Of a stretch of DNA of 64,000 bases, positions 38,729 through 52,265 are shown piece by piece; position 1 is the first letter of the stretch, and each line of letters opens with the position of its first letter. Below the pieces are notes generated by a model. That model worked only from the letters and a program-made list of their open reading frames with translations. It had not been told where the DNA came from and did no database searches. The DNA is from Malacoraja senta. Lineage: Eukaryota. The position numbers and the translations under genes were made by a program. The stretch is from positions 16,370,001 to 16,434,000 of the forward strand of contig CM075989.1 in the NCBI GenBank assembly GCA_038087875.1. The letters are read 5' to 3'.

Positions 38729-38987
38729 ACACAAAAATGCTGGAGAAACTCAGCGGGTGCAGCAGCATTTATGGAGCGAAGGAAATAGGCAACGTTTCGG
38801 GCCGAAACCCTTCTTCAGACTGATAGGGGGTGGGGAGAAGAAAGGAAAAAAGGCGGAGGAGGAGCCCAAGGGCTGGGGGAGGGGAGGAGACAACCAGAGG
38901 GCTGATGAAGGGGAGGGGACAGCAAGGGCTAGCAGAATTGGGAGAATTCAATGTTCAAGCCCCCAGGATGTAGACTGCCCAAGCGGA
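38729..38987 (-). mobile_element. Penelope 3' fragment with hammerhead motif
   Basis: End of the endonuclease plus 3' region; TSD attgactctaggct at 38715-38728 and 38988-39001. Confidence 0.85.
38787..38822 (-). ncRNA. Minimal type I hammerhead ribozyme motif (PLE-associated)
   Basis: On -: agt-CTGAAGA-A-GGGT TTCG GCCC-GAAAC-GTT-gcc; conserved core, helix II with UUCG loop, palindromic AACGTT helix III; helix I is only about 2 bp. Confidence 0.6.
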
Positions 38988-39476
38988 ATTGACTCTAGGC
39001 TGTCTGGCTTAACAAACTGGGCCACAGAGATGATTCCTAATTAGCTAAGACTGCTAAATGGCTTCAAGTGTTCAGATTGGGTATGTCGGGAAACTAGTGA
39101 AATCAAACATTTGGGTCCATGAATAGCAAATACCATGGATTTTAATCCAATTTTACTGAAAAATGCAAATTGTGAGTTTGTATTTTACTAATTCATTCCT
39201 GTAGAACCAAAATATTTTGGCCTAGTGCATGGATTGGATAGTGACTGAGCAGCAGCCCAAGGCAAAATATTAGTTGCTCGTGTTTGTTTTTTGGGTGTGA
39301 TTGCTTCAACTTCAATCCTGTGGTATTGCTAGATGTTGAATCTGAGCACCATAGCTACACTGTAGCATTTGTCAAGTAAATGATTTGGTTACCATAATCC
39401 TTGATGTAAATTCAACCCAGATTAATTCTTGCGCCAGTTAGCACAATAAAGTGTTCATAACATAGATGCAATTAAG

Positions 39477-39482
39477 TTTATT
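39477..39482 (-). terminator. MYO1E: Probable MYO1E polyadenylation signal
   Basis: tttatt (AATAAA on -) at the end of a repeat-free AT-rich 1.4-kb stretch below the MYO1E stop. Confidence 0.55.
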
Positions 39483-40858
39483 TATGAAATAAAACTGCGT
39501 CCCTAAACTGTGGAAGGTATAATTGAGGGTGGGATATAATAGCAACAAACCTAAACTGCACCTGCTTCATTAGTGGCTGAGATGGCCTTGTCAAGATTAT
39601 CCTCCTTCCTGAACTTTAAGATATTCAAAGTAAAATCAACACCTTTTTAAATGTGAAGCGTAATGCGCAGCCTGAAGGAGACCAGATATATTAACTCCTT
39701 AATGGGCTTGCGAGCAAGGTATTAATTGGAACTGGCAGAATATAGACAAAATATATGTAGCCATTAACTTTGTCATTAATGTTGCTTTTGGAGAAAGATC
39801 CTATATACCAATAATCCCAGAACTATCTCCATAACCTGTACTGTATTAAACAGGACATGTGTTAAACAGTGAAAATAGATTGACATTGCAAAAGTCTTAA
39901 ACACACAACATTTTTAATATAACAATGAGTAAGTATCATCCTTTCGATATTTCCACTGAGCCAGTCACTATCCAAGCTAAATAGGCAACTTGGTTTCTAA
40001 TTGGTGTTGGTCAAATCTCAGATCAAAATTGTTTTGGTTATATTGAATTGTTTGTCAATGTGGGAATCCTACATTTTAAGTATTTGTTCACAATTTAAGA
40101 TTCAACTGTGTTGCCTTTTGCTTTGTCAATGTTGCTTAGGTCTAACAGGAAAACTAGGAGTACATTGATAGGCAGAGACGAGTTTCAGAATCCAGTTTTT
40201 TTTTTTTAATACAGTAAAAGGGGAAAGCAAAACATTCTGTAACTTCAGTTCAAATACAGCATTTAACATGGACCAGCCACATTTATGCGATAAGGCACTA
40301 AATTGCAATTGTTTCTTTTTTGTACTGAGCAGTCTGGTCAAAATGCAGTCTGCAGTACTGGTGTGGACCCTGGTAGAAAGTTTATTTTTAATAATTTTAA
40401 ATTATTTTCGAGAGAACACTCCATTCCTTTGGGTGTTAAGTGCAGCAAACATTCTTCATACACGAGTCAGCAGCAAAGTTCAGTGTTTTTCCCAACTTAG
40501 AACTCCTAGTGGGAAGTTTTTATATTTAATCACTAATATTCCAGAAGAAATAGCCGATTACTAAAATTATAAAAAAGTAAAGCTTTAATTGATAAAGGAT
40601 AAAGCAAAAATAAGAACCCCCTATGTAGTTATTTTATGGTCCAACTTAACTGCAACATTCTTCTAAACTACATCCAGTATTGGGAAATGTATAAATACAA
40701 TAAATTACAACTCCTTCAGTTTTATCACAAGAGTAGATCAGGACTACAGCTCTGATGCATACATTTACAAACATATACAGTGTTTCAATGTCACACTGTA
40801 CAATTGCTGTCTGTGCTATACTTCCATTTGTTTTATCTGTATATTCTAATAACTGCTT

Positions 40859-40984
<126 letters not shown>

Positions 40985-41096
40985 TCATTCATGTGTAGAC
41001 TGTACCTTAACTTGATACAATCAATGAAAACAGGTCTGCCATGAAAGTGGCATGAGTTCGGCATTTACAGCTTTCCATTTCTCCAGAGCTCAGGTG

Positions 41097-41421
41097 ATGA
41101 TTCACCTGATACCCAGTGTTTAGTTCAGTTTTGAGATACAGTGTGGAAACAGGCCCTTCAACCCACCGAGTCCGCAGGGACCAGCGATCGCCGCACACCA
41201 CCCTACACACACTGGGGACAATTTACATTTATACCAAGCCAATTAATCTACAAACCTGTACGCTTTTGGAGTGTGGGAGGAAACCGAAGATCTCGGAGAA
41301 AACCCATGGGGAGAACGTACAAACTCCGTACAGAAAGCGCCCGTAGTCGGGATCGAACCCGGGTCCTCGGCACTGCAAGCACGGTAAGGCAGCAACTGTA
41401 CCGCTGTGCCACCGTGCTGCC
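41097..41421 (-). mobile_element. V-SINE (HE1-like), full length
   Basis: On -: head GGGCAGCACGGTGGCACAGCGGTA, B box GGTTCGATCCC, V-domain, (AAACT) tail. Confidence 0.85.
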
Positions 41422-42056
41422 CCATTTGTTACACTTTAGGGCTAAGCTTCCCCATATATACTGTCATGTATCGGCAGAGAAGAATGCACTTCTGTGACTG
41501 ACTGGTTTGATCAGCAAGATCCCACTGTTAAATAATGTTGGAGTTTGTCGTTAGGTGGGCAATAAACATTGGGCAGGTTGCAGGGGCTGTCCTGCTCTTT
41601 AAAGCCATGGGATGCTCTACGTTCACCAAGGAGGAGAAGCCACAGTTTTAACATTGCATTAGAAAAAACAGCACAGGACTCTCTGCGTACTGCACCAAAG
41701 GCTATGTTCTGAAATGATCTAAAAATAAAAAGTGAAGACCATTTACACTCCTGTTTCGCCTCCTATGAAGAAATTATGGTTTAATTTTGGGTGAGATGTT
41801 TCATTTGGCCCTTTTGGGTGATATCTGCTCACAGCACTATTGCAACCCGATGTCCAAGCCAAAACTGATCCTTCAATTAATGATATTAAAATAGTGGTTG
41901 ATTTAAATTGTTGCTTCATTAGTGAGATTCTGCTGACTGCCAGTAGGTCGCTGCCTCTCCTTATGCAGGCTGTTGCTTGATAATGAACAGGTTCAATTTA
42001 TTTAAGTCAGAAAAATTCACAAAGATCAAGTGATTATGGTAACTATCTCCACGCTA

Positions 42057-42516
42057 TAGGTAGTTCTGCTGTAACATTGTGTTTAAAAACAATTGAATCA
42101 ATGCACAAAATGGGGTTAGGGGGCTAGAAGGTGTCACTCAATAACAAAATTATTTTTTCTCAGTGGTCTACTTTTGTTACTGTAATCTACAATAACTGAA
42201 GGCTGTATTGTTTAATTGCACAATGGTCAATAGAACTGATCGCACGTCAAGATCAATGGCCTGTGGTAAGACGAACAAACTGTTCCTCATAGACAATGGT
42301 ATCTGGTTACTGCGGGGAGGTTACTCGGAAACATTCATTTCAAGACAGCTTTTTTTCTACTTGCCTGTTTCTAAAGTAACTTTTTAATGATCTAATTCAT
42401 GATCAAAATCGTGTAATAACCAATTTGGCCTGTGTAATACAAATAGTGTTCCATAATTCATCAATGGCATTGCATCCAATTCATATTGTGGAAAAACATT
42501 AGAGCAGAACCACCTG
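42057..42516. mobile_element. Old Tc1/mariner (Tigger-like) MITE
   Basis: Imperfect TIRs taggtagttctgctgtaa / ttagagcagaaccacctg. Confidence 0.45.
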
Positions 42517-43695
42517 CATTGTGATGAATGGCATCAAATCCACACAAGAATTATTTGAACAAAAAGCTACTAAAAGTCGAGCGAGAGAGGAAACGGCTTC
42601 TGCTATTCCCAGGCACAAAAGTATGTACATACATCAGGCTTTTGCATTTAAGATTATGGGAGTTTGTTCCTATGTATGGGTGTCAATAAATTAGGCATTT
42701 GTAACGCAGGCTGTGCATACAACCCGATTTTAGTGCAACAGCAATTATACTTGCTGATAATTGCCTTTAAAGCACTTTGGCCACAAAAAGAGTAAGGTGC
42801 TATGTAAATGCAAGATCTTTCTTAGTAAATCTACATCATAGTGACGGTCAGCTACTGAATCTGTGTCACAATATATGTGTGTGGCCTGGGGAAACTATGT
42901 GGCCTATTACAAAGTTGGTTGACAAACTTTGAGGAGTATCAACGCTAATTGTATCGTGGTTTTTTGAAGACATTTTGAAAAGTTTCGGTTAAAATTGAGA
43001 TAATTAAAGGTGGCCTCAGGATATTGTTGAGAAACTGCGTTATTGGATCAAGACACCAGCCTGTGCTTCTTTCCTGGAAATTTAAATAACGGTCAATTTT
43101 AGAGTTGGCTGAGGAGGACCAATTCAATTCAATTCCTTTCTTGTCATCTTGCAAGCAACAGTTGTGCAGTGCAAACGAAAAGACGTTTCCCAGGGAATAC
43201 CGGAGCATCGCACATGAAGTTTAAAACATTTCACACATAATAATAACAACACTAAAACAATCCAGTCCCTGGTGGAACAGTATAAAGTTAAAATAGATAA
43301 AAACAACGTTAAAATACAGTAAGACCAATCATAAACATGTCCGGGGTGGCTGATTTGAGTGGCCAGTGCCAGTTATTGAAGTGGCCAGTGCCAGTTATTA
43401 TAGTGTCCGTGCCAATCATGGGTACTGTACCAGGGGCCAGCAGTGGGTGCAGTTTGCAGCTAATGGAGGTTGTTCTCGATTAGTACGGGTGTCAGGGGTT
43501 ATAGGGAGAAGGCAGGAGAATGGGGTTGAGGGGGAAAGATAGATCAGCCATGATTGAATGGCGGAGTAGACTTGATGGGCTGAATGGCCTAATTCTGCTC
43601 CTAGAACTTTTGAACGTATGCTTGTCCCTACTTTGCAGCAATAGTTAAGCCCATGTGAGGAGACCCGAGAGCATGCACTGTGTTTAGAGACTTAC

Positions 43696-43865
43696 CTTCT
43701 TTTACAATTTCTATAACGTCATCAGCATTAAAGCTAAGTTCATCTGTGTCCTGAGCATCATACGCATACAGCGCCTTGCACTGTGGTACCTGAGGCTTGG
43801 GCTTAGGCTTGGGCTTTGGTCGACCTCCTGCTGGGGGCGGCCGGCTGGTCGTCTGCCTGTGCGCC
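43696..43865 (-). CDS. MYO1E: Myosin IE exon (Pro-rich TH2 / SH3 N-terminal half)
   Basis: ttcag|G GCG...GAA G|gtaag; [54 protein letters not shown]. Confidence 0.96.
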
Positions 43866-44019
43866 CTGAAGCAGAACAATACAGAGAAAGTGGAACGGCC
43901 GCTCTCCATCTTGAGCCTCTACTTCTGACAAGTGAATGTCTAGCGAAAGGAAGCATTGCTGACCAAGAGTGTCCAAGCTCTTTGTCCATCCATGCCTCAA
44001 GTAACCTATCAACCGTGGC

Positions 44020-44237
44020 AATTATCCATCAGCTCCCCTGAATTTAGAGCGAGCCAGCAGGCAATGATCCCAACCTGACAGCCAACCATGTCATCTCTGG
44101 GTGCCCGCTCTACACCCACCAAATGGAGCTCAGGGCCTGGCAGACATTGACGCAGAGACAACAACCTGGCTGGTCAACACCCGGCTTGAGATCTAACTAT
44201 TCCTTTGGTTTATGTTTCATTCGCAAGAAGAAGAGGA
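44020..44237 (+). mobile_element. Non-LTR retrotransposon 3' end (RTE-X-like)
   Basis: TANHVISGCP..., GLADIDAETTTWL..* followed by a cattcgcaagaagaaga tail. Confidence 0.45.
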
Positions 44238-47214
44238 AGATCCCAAACTGTGAACAGAACTGGCGTCATGTTATTTACTGGCGTTGCACATGACGATGGC
44301 AAATGGTTTGGACATTCTTGCCGCAGACAATCACAACGATGTACACAGGAAGCAAGTCTCCAGAGTACCCAAGTTGCTAAACATGATCCCTTTAAGTAAA
44401 GGTGTTTTGGGCACAGGGAGTAACTTTGCCTTTGGCTGATCTCAACCCTGGCTCCTCCGCTGAGTTACTCCAGCACTTTTTGTTTGTGGACCAGCATCTG
44501 CAGTTCTTTGTGTCTTTTGTCAACTGGTTCACCCATGCGTGGTGCAAATTAGTGAAGGACCAAGCGTTTTGTGGGAGAAACAGGTCCCTCTATCCCATAT
44601 AAAATAAAAATGTGATCTTTTCCTGTCCATCTTAACATAGAACAGTATAGCACAGGAACAGGCTCTTTGGCCCACAATATCTTTGCTGAACATGATGCCA
44701 CGTTACTCTCCACATAAGCACATGATCCTTATCCCTCCATTCCCAGCATATCCACGGCCTATCTAAAGCTTCTTTAAACGCCACTATCGTATCTGCCTAT
44801 TCTGCCTGTATCACCACCCCTGGCAGCGAATTCTTGGCACTCGCTACCCTCAATGCAAAAACTTGCCTTGCACATCTCCTTAAACTTTGTCCCCGCACCT
44901 TACAGCAATGCCCTCCAGTCTTGATGTTTCCTCTGCTTCTCAGAGAAGCCTTAATGTGACCGTCATGTCACATTCACACCAATTAATGCAGCATAATGGG
45001 TGAGAAATTGCCTTCAGGTACAGAGCCATCCAATTAGTCCCAGCTATTGCTTCTTCAAATCTCGAGAATAGAAGGAATATGTGTGTACAAAATCATGAGA
45101 GGAATAGATCGGGTAGACGCACAGAGTCTCTTGCCCAGGGTAGGGGAACCAAGAAGCAGAGGGGATAGGTTAAGGTGAGGAGTAAGATTTACTAGGAACC
45201 CGAGTGGTAACTTTTCATGCAAAGGGTGGTTGGTGTATGGAACGAGCAGCCGGCAGAGGTAGTTGAGGCAAGGACTATTGCAACATATAAGAAACATTTA
45301 GTCGGGTACATGGATAGGACAGGTTTAGATGGAATTGGGTCAAACGCAGGCAGGTGGGACTTGTGTGGTCTAGAGTAGTGTAGACTCTATGATTCTATCC
45401 ACCTTTTGTTTCAGATTTATTCAATCCATCTCCCACTATCCTCTTTGCCTATAGCGAACAACATCCCTGGATAAAATAAAGTAACAATCCACCAGGTATT
45501 TTGGTGTGAAGTAACTTGCATCTGAATTCTTTGGTCCAGCGGCCTATCAGTGGGAGAGGCTGGTGCTCCATCCCTCTGGTGTAGCACTAAGCTTCTGTCC
45601 TTCAATATACATTATTAAGCACTGTGCATATCAATATACACCGTCCGTGCCTGCAACAAGTCCTCTATTTAAAATCTCGTGGGTTTTGTTTAGAAGGAGG
45701 CTATATAGAATGGAAAAGGTGCTAAAAGCCAAGTTCACACATTCTCCATCTTTATTACAATTGCTTAAAGTGATCATATTGATGGTGAAAAAAAAAATAC
45801 ACAAAATGCTGGAATAGCTCAGTAGGTCATGCAGCATCTCTAGAAAATGGATGGGTGGCGTTTTGGGTCAGGACGCTTCATCAGACTGCAGGCCCGAAAC
45901 GTCACCTATCCATGTTCTCCAGGAATGCTGCCTGACCCGCTGAGTTACTCCAGCACCGTGTGTGTTTTTTTTTGTAAACCAGCATCTGCAGTTCCTTGTG
46001 TCTCCATTTTGACAATGATTGCTTGTAATGATATTAGTAGAATAAAATGTCATTTGCATCAGCAAGAGCTCTCTCCCATCACCATGGCTGGTTTAGGTTA
46101 GCATTACAATCTATGTCACCATCAGAAATGCAACCAATGGCGAACTACATGATTCTAAATATTAATTAAAAACAAATCATCAGAATATGAATGGCAGCAC
46201 CCAAACCATCACCCAACAATATCATTCTTGACTCACTTTCCTTCACTTGCTCGTGTCATTCAGTACGGTTACTATAAAAAGGAAGAGATTTTAAGAGACA
46301 CATGCACACACCTGTGATTGCTGGAAGCTAACACAGCAAAACAGACGAGACAAAAATCCTTTCTGATAAAGAAGCTCCCATCAATACCAATTGTATTAAT
46401 TTGACACTGAAGTTTCTAGGCTATCTTGACATATTTTCCACACTTTTAGGCCTTCCCAGTTGGTGAGAGGTATCAGTGCAGTTCTAAGGAACACCAGCAG
46501 AGGGCACATTTCCTTCATTTGTGGCCAGTACACTCCAGCTGCACTGTAACCAGTAGCAGTAGTGAGAGTAGTTCCATCCTCTCGGATTATTGATCTGCAC
46601 TGATGCTTCAGAACTTGCTGCCATTGGCGCTGGTAAATCTAACATTTACGGGACAATATTCTGTGGGGTGGTCCCAATGGTGGGTATATGGAGAGGTAGT
46701 TGAGGCAGGTATTATAACAATGTTTACGATACGATAGAACTTTATTTATCCTAGGAGGGAAATTGATCGGCCAACAGTCATCATAAAACGCAAGATACTT
46801 GAAATTACGAGTGGAAAGGATTGGGGATGTGCAAAGATGTGCAACGAAAGGTGTTTGAACAGGTACATGGATCGGAAAGGTTTGGAGGGATATGGGCCAA
46901 ATGTGGGCAGGTTAGTTGTGGTCAGCATGGGCAGGTTGGGCCGAAGGGCCTATTTTCATGCTGTATCACTTTGACAAGTAGAGGAAGTCTGGGGTTTACA
47001 CACCTGATACCCGACAGATTAAAACAAATGCCGGTGGTGAAATTAACCACTGATGGTCAATCCCTTCACAAGAGTGTCTGGGTATGGATCGGGGGGAATG
47101 GATCAGTTCTTTGATTCCAGTTTCATGCCATATTTCCAGTTATAAAAGCTCTCGTCTGAGAGATATCATGTCTCACAGAGCTCAAAGCACAAGGTTTTCT
47201 GCAGTTCAGGGAAA

Positions 47215-47497
47215 CGGTGTGGAAACAGGCCCTATATCCCACTGAGTCCACGTCGACCAGCGATCCCTGCACAGTAACACTATCCTACACACACTAGGGA
47301 CAATTTTACAATTTAACCAAGCCAATTAGCCTACAAACCTGTACATCTTTTGAGTGTGGGAGGAAACTGGAGCACCCAGAGAAAACCCACGCAGGTCACG
47401 GGGGGGAAATACAAATTCCATATAGACAGCGCCCGTAGTCATGATCCAACCCGTGTCTCTGGCGCTGTAAGGCAGCAGCTTTACCGCCTTGCCGCCC
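47215..47497 (-). mobile_element. V-SINE (HE1-like)
   Basis: Same family as 41097-41421. Confidence 0.8.
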
Positions 47498-47703
47498 AAG
47501 GCACACATCACCTTGTGGACCGGCTGCTGGTAAAATAAACCTAGCCAGCCACAGTCGATCATCTCCCAACAATGGTGTGAGCATTTGAGAATGTTCAACA
47601 CTTGGTGTGAAAAAGTTTCCAAAGCACCTCATCAGATGCCACCTATTTCCCTGGAGACAAGAAAAACATCACAGAAGCTTGTGCCTCCCGGAGCTGCCCT
47701 TAC

Positions 47704-47906
47704 CCTGCCCGCGCCCTGCTCGGGCACTCTCAAGAAGTCCAGATTGTTTTGGACACGGGCGTTCTTCCCGCGAGATGTGTGCCTGGTCTGGGCAGAGTCG
47801 GCCGCCCAGCCGGAGAGCTCTGGTGGGGTGTTCGCTGGCTGGGTCGGTGGAGCGGAGGCTGGGAATTGTTTGTGTGGACCTTTGACAACTCCGTTCTGGT
47901 GCACAC
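47704..47906 (-). CDS. MYO1E: Myosin IE TH2 exon (apparent 1-nt frame discrepancy)
   Basis: caag|GT GTG CAC CAG AAC GGA... and ...LDFLRVPEQGA..|gtaag; 203 nt, incompatible with the flanking phases (see findings). Confidence 0.85.
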
Positions 47907-48590
47907 CTTGAACAAAATCGAGAGAAATTAGTCATCGTCACATTTGAAAAAGGTCATAAAAAATAGGAGTAGAATTAGGCCATTCGGCCCATCAAGTCTA
48001 CTCCGCAATTTCACTCACGGCTGATCTATTTCTCCCTCCTATCTCCCTTCTCCTGCTTTCTCCCCATAACCTCTGGCACCTGACTGTAATTATCACACAA
48101 ACTTTGTACTCCTCTACAGAAACCCAAATAGAGTCACATTGAGTCATGGAGTCATAGAGAAATGACACTGGCCAGGAGTCCAGCATAAATATTTCAGCAG
48201 GAGGGTCCAGACACAAAATGTCACCTATCCATTCTTCCCACAGATGCTGCCTGACCTGCTGAGTTACTCCAGCACATTGTGCTTTAGTCAAGATTCGGGC
48301 ACTGCTGTCCTTGTGTCTCAAAATATTTCAGCACCAAGTCACGTATGCACCCCTGCTGCCCTCCCCACTGTTCCTCCATCACCTAATTTTCCCGGTCCGG
48401 ACTCTGTGACTGCTGATTGTATCTGACATCTTGCAGTTCTAATGGTCAGGCATTCCCTCCCCACAGAGGTTATCCAGCCTCGCCAGATCAGTTAAGACTA
48501 TGGTAGGCAATCACGTGGGAGTGGAATATTCATTTTGCTTTCACAGTCAATGAGAGGGGTAACCACTCAGCCCCTGCTGGACAAGTCTTA

Positions 48591-48787
48591 AGGGCCTGTC
48601 CTACTTTCATGACCTAATTCACGACCTCTGCTGAGTTTGCCCTTGACTCATACTAGCAGCATGGTCGTCACGAGGTCGTAAGTAGGCCGTAAGTAGGTAC
48701 TCGTGGCATCAAGTAGGTCGGGGCGTTTTTTCTAGCATGATAAAAAATGTCAATGAGTGAAAAAGGTCGTGAAGTGGGACAGGCCCT
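48591..48787. mobile_element. PIF/Harbinger-type MITE, short relative of 7939-8474
   Basis: TIR agggcctgtcctactt / aagtgggacaggccct; flanks tta / ttc. Confidence 0.75.
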
Positions 48788-50373
48788 TTCGTATGCCAAA
48801 TCAACAACTTGCAGCGCCAGAGACCTGGTCGGTGGTCGGTGCGGACTCGGTGGGCCGAAGGGCCTGTTTCCGCGCTGTATCTCTAAACTAAAGGAAACTA
48901 AACAAATCACACACTTTTACAAGGATCTACTTACCTTCTCAATTGTTTAACACAGTAACAATTAATCCCCTTCCCCAATAATTTTATCTGGTAGAATATA
49001 GAACAGTACAACACAAGAAGAGGTTCTTCGGCCCACAATGTCTGTGCCGAACATGACACCAAGACCAACTCTTATCTGCCTGCACATAATCCACATCCCC
49101 CATTTCTTCACCAAACATGCTCCAAAAAACCTCAAATGAAGTTGTTCTAAATGCTTCTTCCCACTTCCCACCCCCAGGGTTATTTGCAGCAGTGTCCCAG
49201 AGATCAATAAGGTTTGCAATGAGAATCTGGAACCTATGGGTCACTCCTCATACCTCAGGGGCTACATCTCCACACAGGGAGACCTTGGTGAGGAAATTCC
49301 CAGCACCTTCAGCAGGTCTGCAGGGCTTCGGCCTCTGCCAAGGATGGTGTCTGACCATCAAGACCTCAAGCGTTGGCACCAACCTCATGATCAACAGGGC
49401 GAGTGTGATCTATGTACTGACACATGGATAACTCACTGCACCCCACAGCGCGGGGCTGATCATCCAAAATCAGTACCCCGTTCCTGCCTTCTCCCCATAT
49501 AGGTGACTGGGCCTCCACTGCCTACTGTGGCAGAGAATTCCACAGATTCACAACTCACTGGGTGAAAATGTTTTCCCTCATCTCAGTCCTAAATGGCTAC
49601 CCCTTATTCTTACACCATGACCCCTGGTTCTGGACTCCCCCAACATCGGGAACATTTTTCCTACAAAAGCATTTTTCCTGATAAGCCAAGCAATATCAGC
49701 ACACTCTCCCCGGACACGATCCACTGCTATAAACATCTAATGACACTCAGCTGGCCGCGAGGGGCAGGCCGATCGTCATATGGCTCACACCAGAGTCGCG
49801 AAGCAGACCTTCTACTCCGAGTTCCATCAGGGAAGGAGATTTGCAGATAGACGGAAGATGTTGAGGATATTCAAAAGCAACCTTAAAAAGTGTAACACTC
49901 CCATCAGCTCATGTGAATGGCCAGGCCCTTTCTGCTCAGCCGGCATAGGAGTGTTTCAGCAGGCATTGAGAACATAGTCCACCTGCTGGCAAGGTGCAGA
50001 AGCCTAGCGTAAATGGCAGAAGGAGCACCTAATCTACTCATTCACCTGCCTGCCCCACCTGTGGGAGAGTTGGCAGGTCCACTTGGGCTTCTTCAGCTAC
50101 CCTGCCACCCAAAGTACAAGACAAAGCAAGTCATCCTCAACTCCATACAATGGCTGGAGGCATCAGTACAACCCTGGGGACCTGGCACCACCGTCATAGA
50201 GTTATACAGCGTGGAAACAGGGCCTTGCCCGCACCGACCAACATGTCCCATCTACACTAGTCCCACCTGCCTGCGTTTGGCCCATATCCCTCCAAACCCG
50301 TCCCTCCATTTGATTTCTTTAGGTTTCCAACGGCAACAAATCCGGTATGAATTCTAAACTATCGCAGAGTTAC

Positions 50374-50466
50374 CTGGAGGTGGTGGAGCAGCTCGCATTG
50401 GGTAGGCTGTCATTTGTGGCCTTGTAGTTTGTTGTCTGTTCAGCATCGGGTCCCTTTTTGTGGGCC
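50374..50466 (-). CDS. MYO1E: Myosin IE exon
   Basis: tag|GG CCC...CCA G|gtaac; RPTKRDPMLNRQQTTRPQMTAYPMRAAPPPPG. Confidence 0.92.
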
Positions 50467-51474
50467 CTAGAATAAAAGAGCAACAGAAAGTCTGTAAGCA
50501 AGAACCATCACGGACTGTCCACTCATGGAGAAATGCTCCAAATGAAACAAGTCCGTAGGTTTTGAATGTGACATGAAGATATATTAGAGGCTGGTTGAGC
50601 ATCACTGAGCATAGAGTCTTTCATCTAATGAGTATCTAACGAATCAACAAATGCGGCATGATAATCCAGAGTGGTGCATTTGTCTTTGGGCCCTTTACTG
50701 CTGACAGAGTTATATTCATGTCAAAGGCGCAGAATTCAACCATTTGGCCCATTGAGTCTACTTCACCATTCAATCATGGTGGATCTATCTTGCCCTCTAT
50801 CTTGCCCTCTCAGAACCTTTCTCCTGCCTTCTCCCAAAGGTGTAACCTTTGACACCCTTACTAATCAAGAAGTGTATGTATACACATACACACATGTGCA
50901 TATGTACACACTTGCAAACACATGCATGTGTTAAGCTCCATTATTGGCATGGTGAAGCAGTGGGGGGGTTTTCATAGACTTTAGCACGAGTCGGACTGAG
51001 TCAGCTCTGACAATCAGTGTCAAATGGAGCCGTTCGTGGTTTAAGGGTGAACTTGCCCCTTTGTTCTTTTAATCGTAGTACATTTGTTGGGGTTCTGGAA
51101 AGTAACAAGGAACAGCTTCCCGCTTGTTTAGCTCCTGACAGTGGTTTGGTCATTCCGTGGGATAGTTGCAGTACCACAGGACCTCCCTGCCGAGACTGAA
51201 CACCATCCAGGAGCCAGAACACCAACAATCTTTCAGCACAACGTTAACAGGATCCCCTTCATTCATAGTTTTATACCCGAGTCGGAAATTAACTTAAGCA
51301 TTGCATTCCATCACGGATGATAACTGAATCAATAATTATGCAGTACTTAAGAACAGAGAAAGGTACAGCACAAGAACAGGCCCACAATGTCTGCCCTGAA
51401 CAAGTTAAACTAATTTCATCCAATCTCCCTCCATTGCTCAATCTCTCATCCCTAGAAGAGAGATCGAACAACTG

Positions 51475-52265
51475 ACCAAATGGTGCCAGCACAATAACCT
51501 GGCCCTCAACACCAGCAAAACCAAGGAACTGATTGTGGACTTTGGAAGGAGTAGGATGGGGACCCACAGTCCCGTTTATATCAACGGGTCGAGGGTTGAA
51601 AGGGTCAAGAGCTTCAAATTCCTGGGCGTGCACATCTCTGAAGATCTTTCTGGTCCGAGAACACTGATGCTACTATTAAGAAAGCACATCAGCGCCTCTA
51701 CTTCCTGAGAAGATTACGGAGAGTCGGTTTGTCAAGGAGGACTCTCTCTAACTTCTACAGGTGCACAGTAGAGAGCATGCTGACCGGTTGCATCGTGGCT
51801 TGGTTCGGCAACTTGAGCGCCCTGGAGAGGAAAAGACTACAAAAAGTAGTAAACACTGCCCAGTCCATCATCGGCTCTGACCTCCCTTTCCATCGAGGGG
51901 ATCTATCACAGTCGCTGCCTCAAAAAGGCTGGCAGCATCATCAAGGACCCACACCATCCTGGCCACACACTCGTCTCCCTACTACCTTCAGGTAGAAGGT
52001 ACAGGAGCCTGAAGGACTGCAACGACCAGGTTCAGGAACAGCTACTTCCCCACAGCCATCAGGCTATTAAACCTGGCTCGGACATTACACTGAACTTTAT
52101 TAGCCAATACTGTTATTTGCACTTTATCAGTATATTGATTCATGTGTGTATATATTTATAGAATGCCTTGTAGTCAATGCCTACTATGTTCTGTTGTGCT
52201 GAAGCAAAGCAAGAATTTCATTGTCCTATCATGGACACATGACAATAAACTCACTTGACTTGACT
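51475..52265 (+). mobile_element. Rex1/Babar-like LINE 3' part
   Basis: KTKELIVDF, FKFLGVHISEDL and TLSNFYRCTVESMLTGCIVAWFGN motifs; (ACTTG)n tail. Confidence 0.8.
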
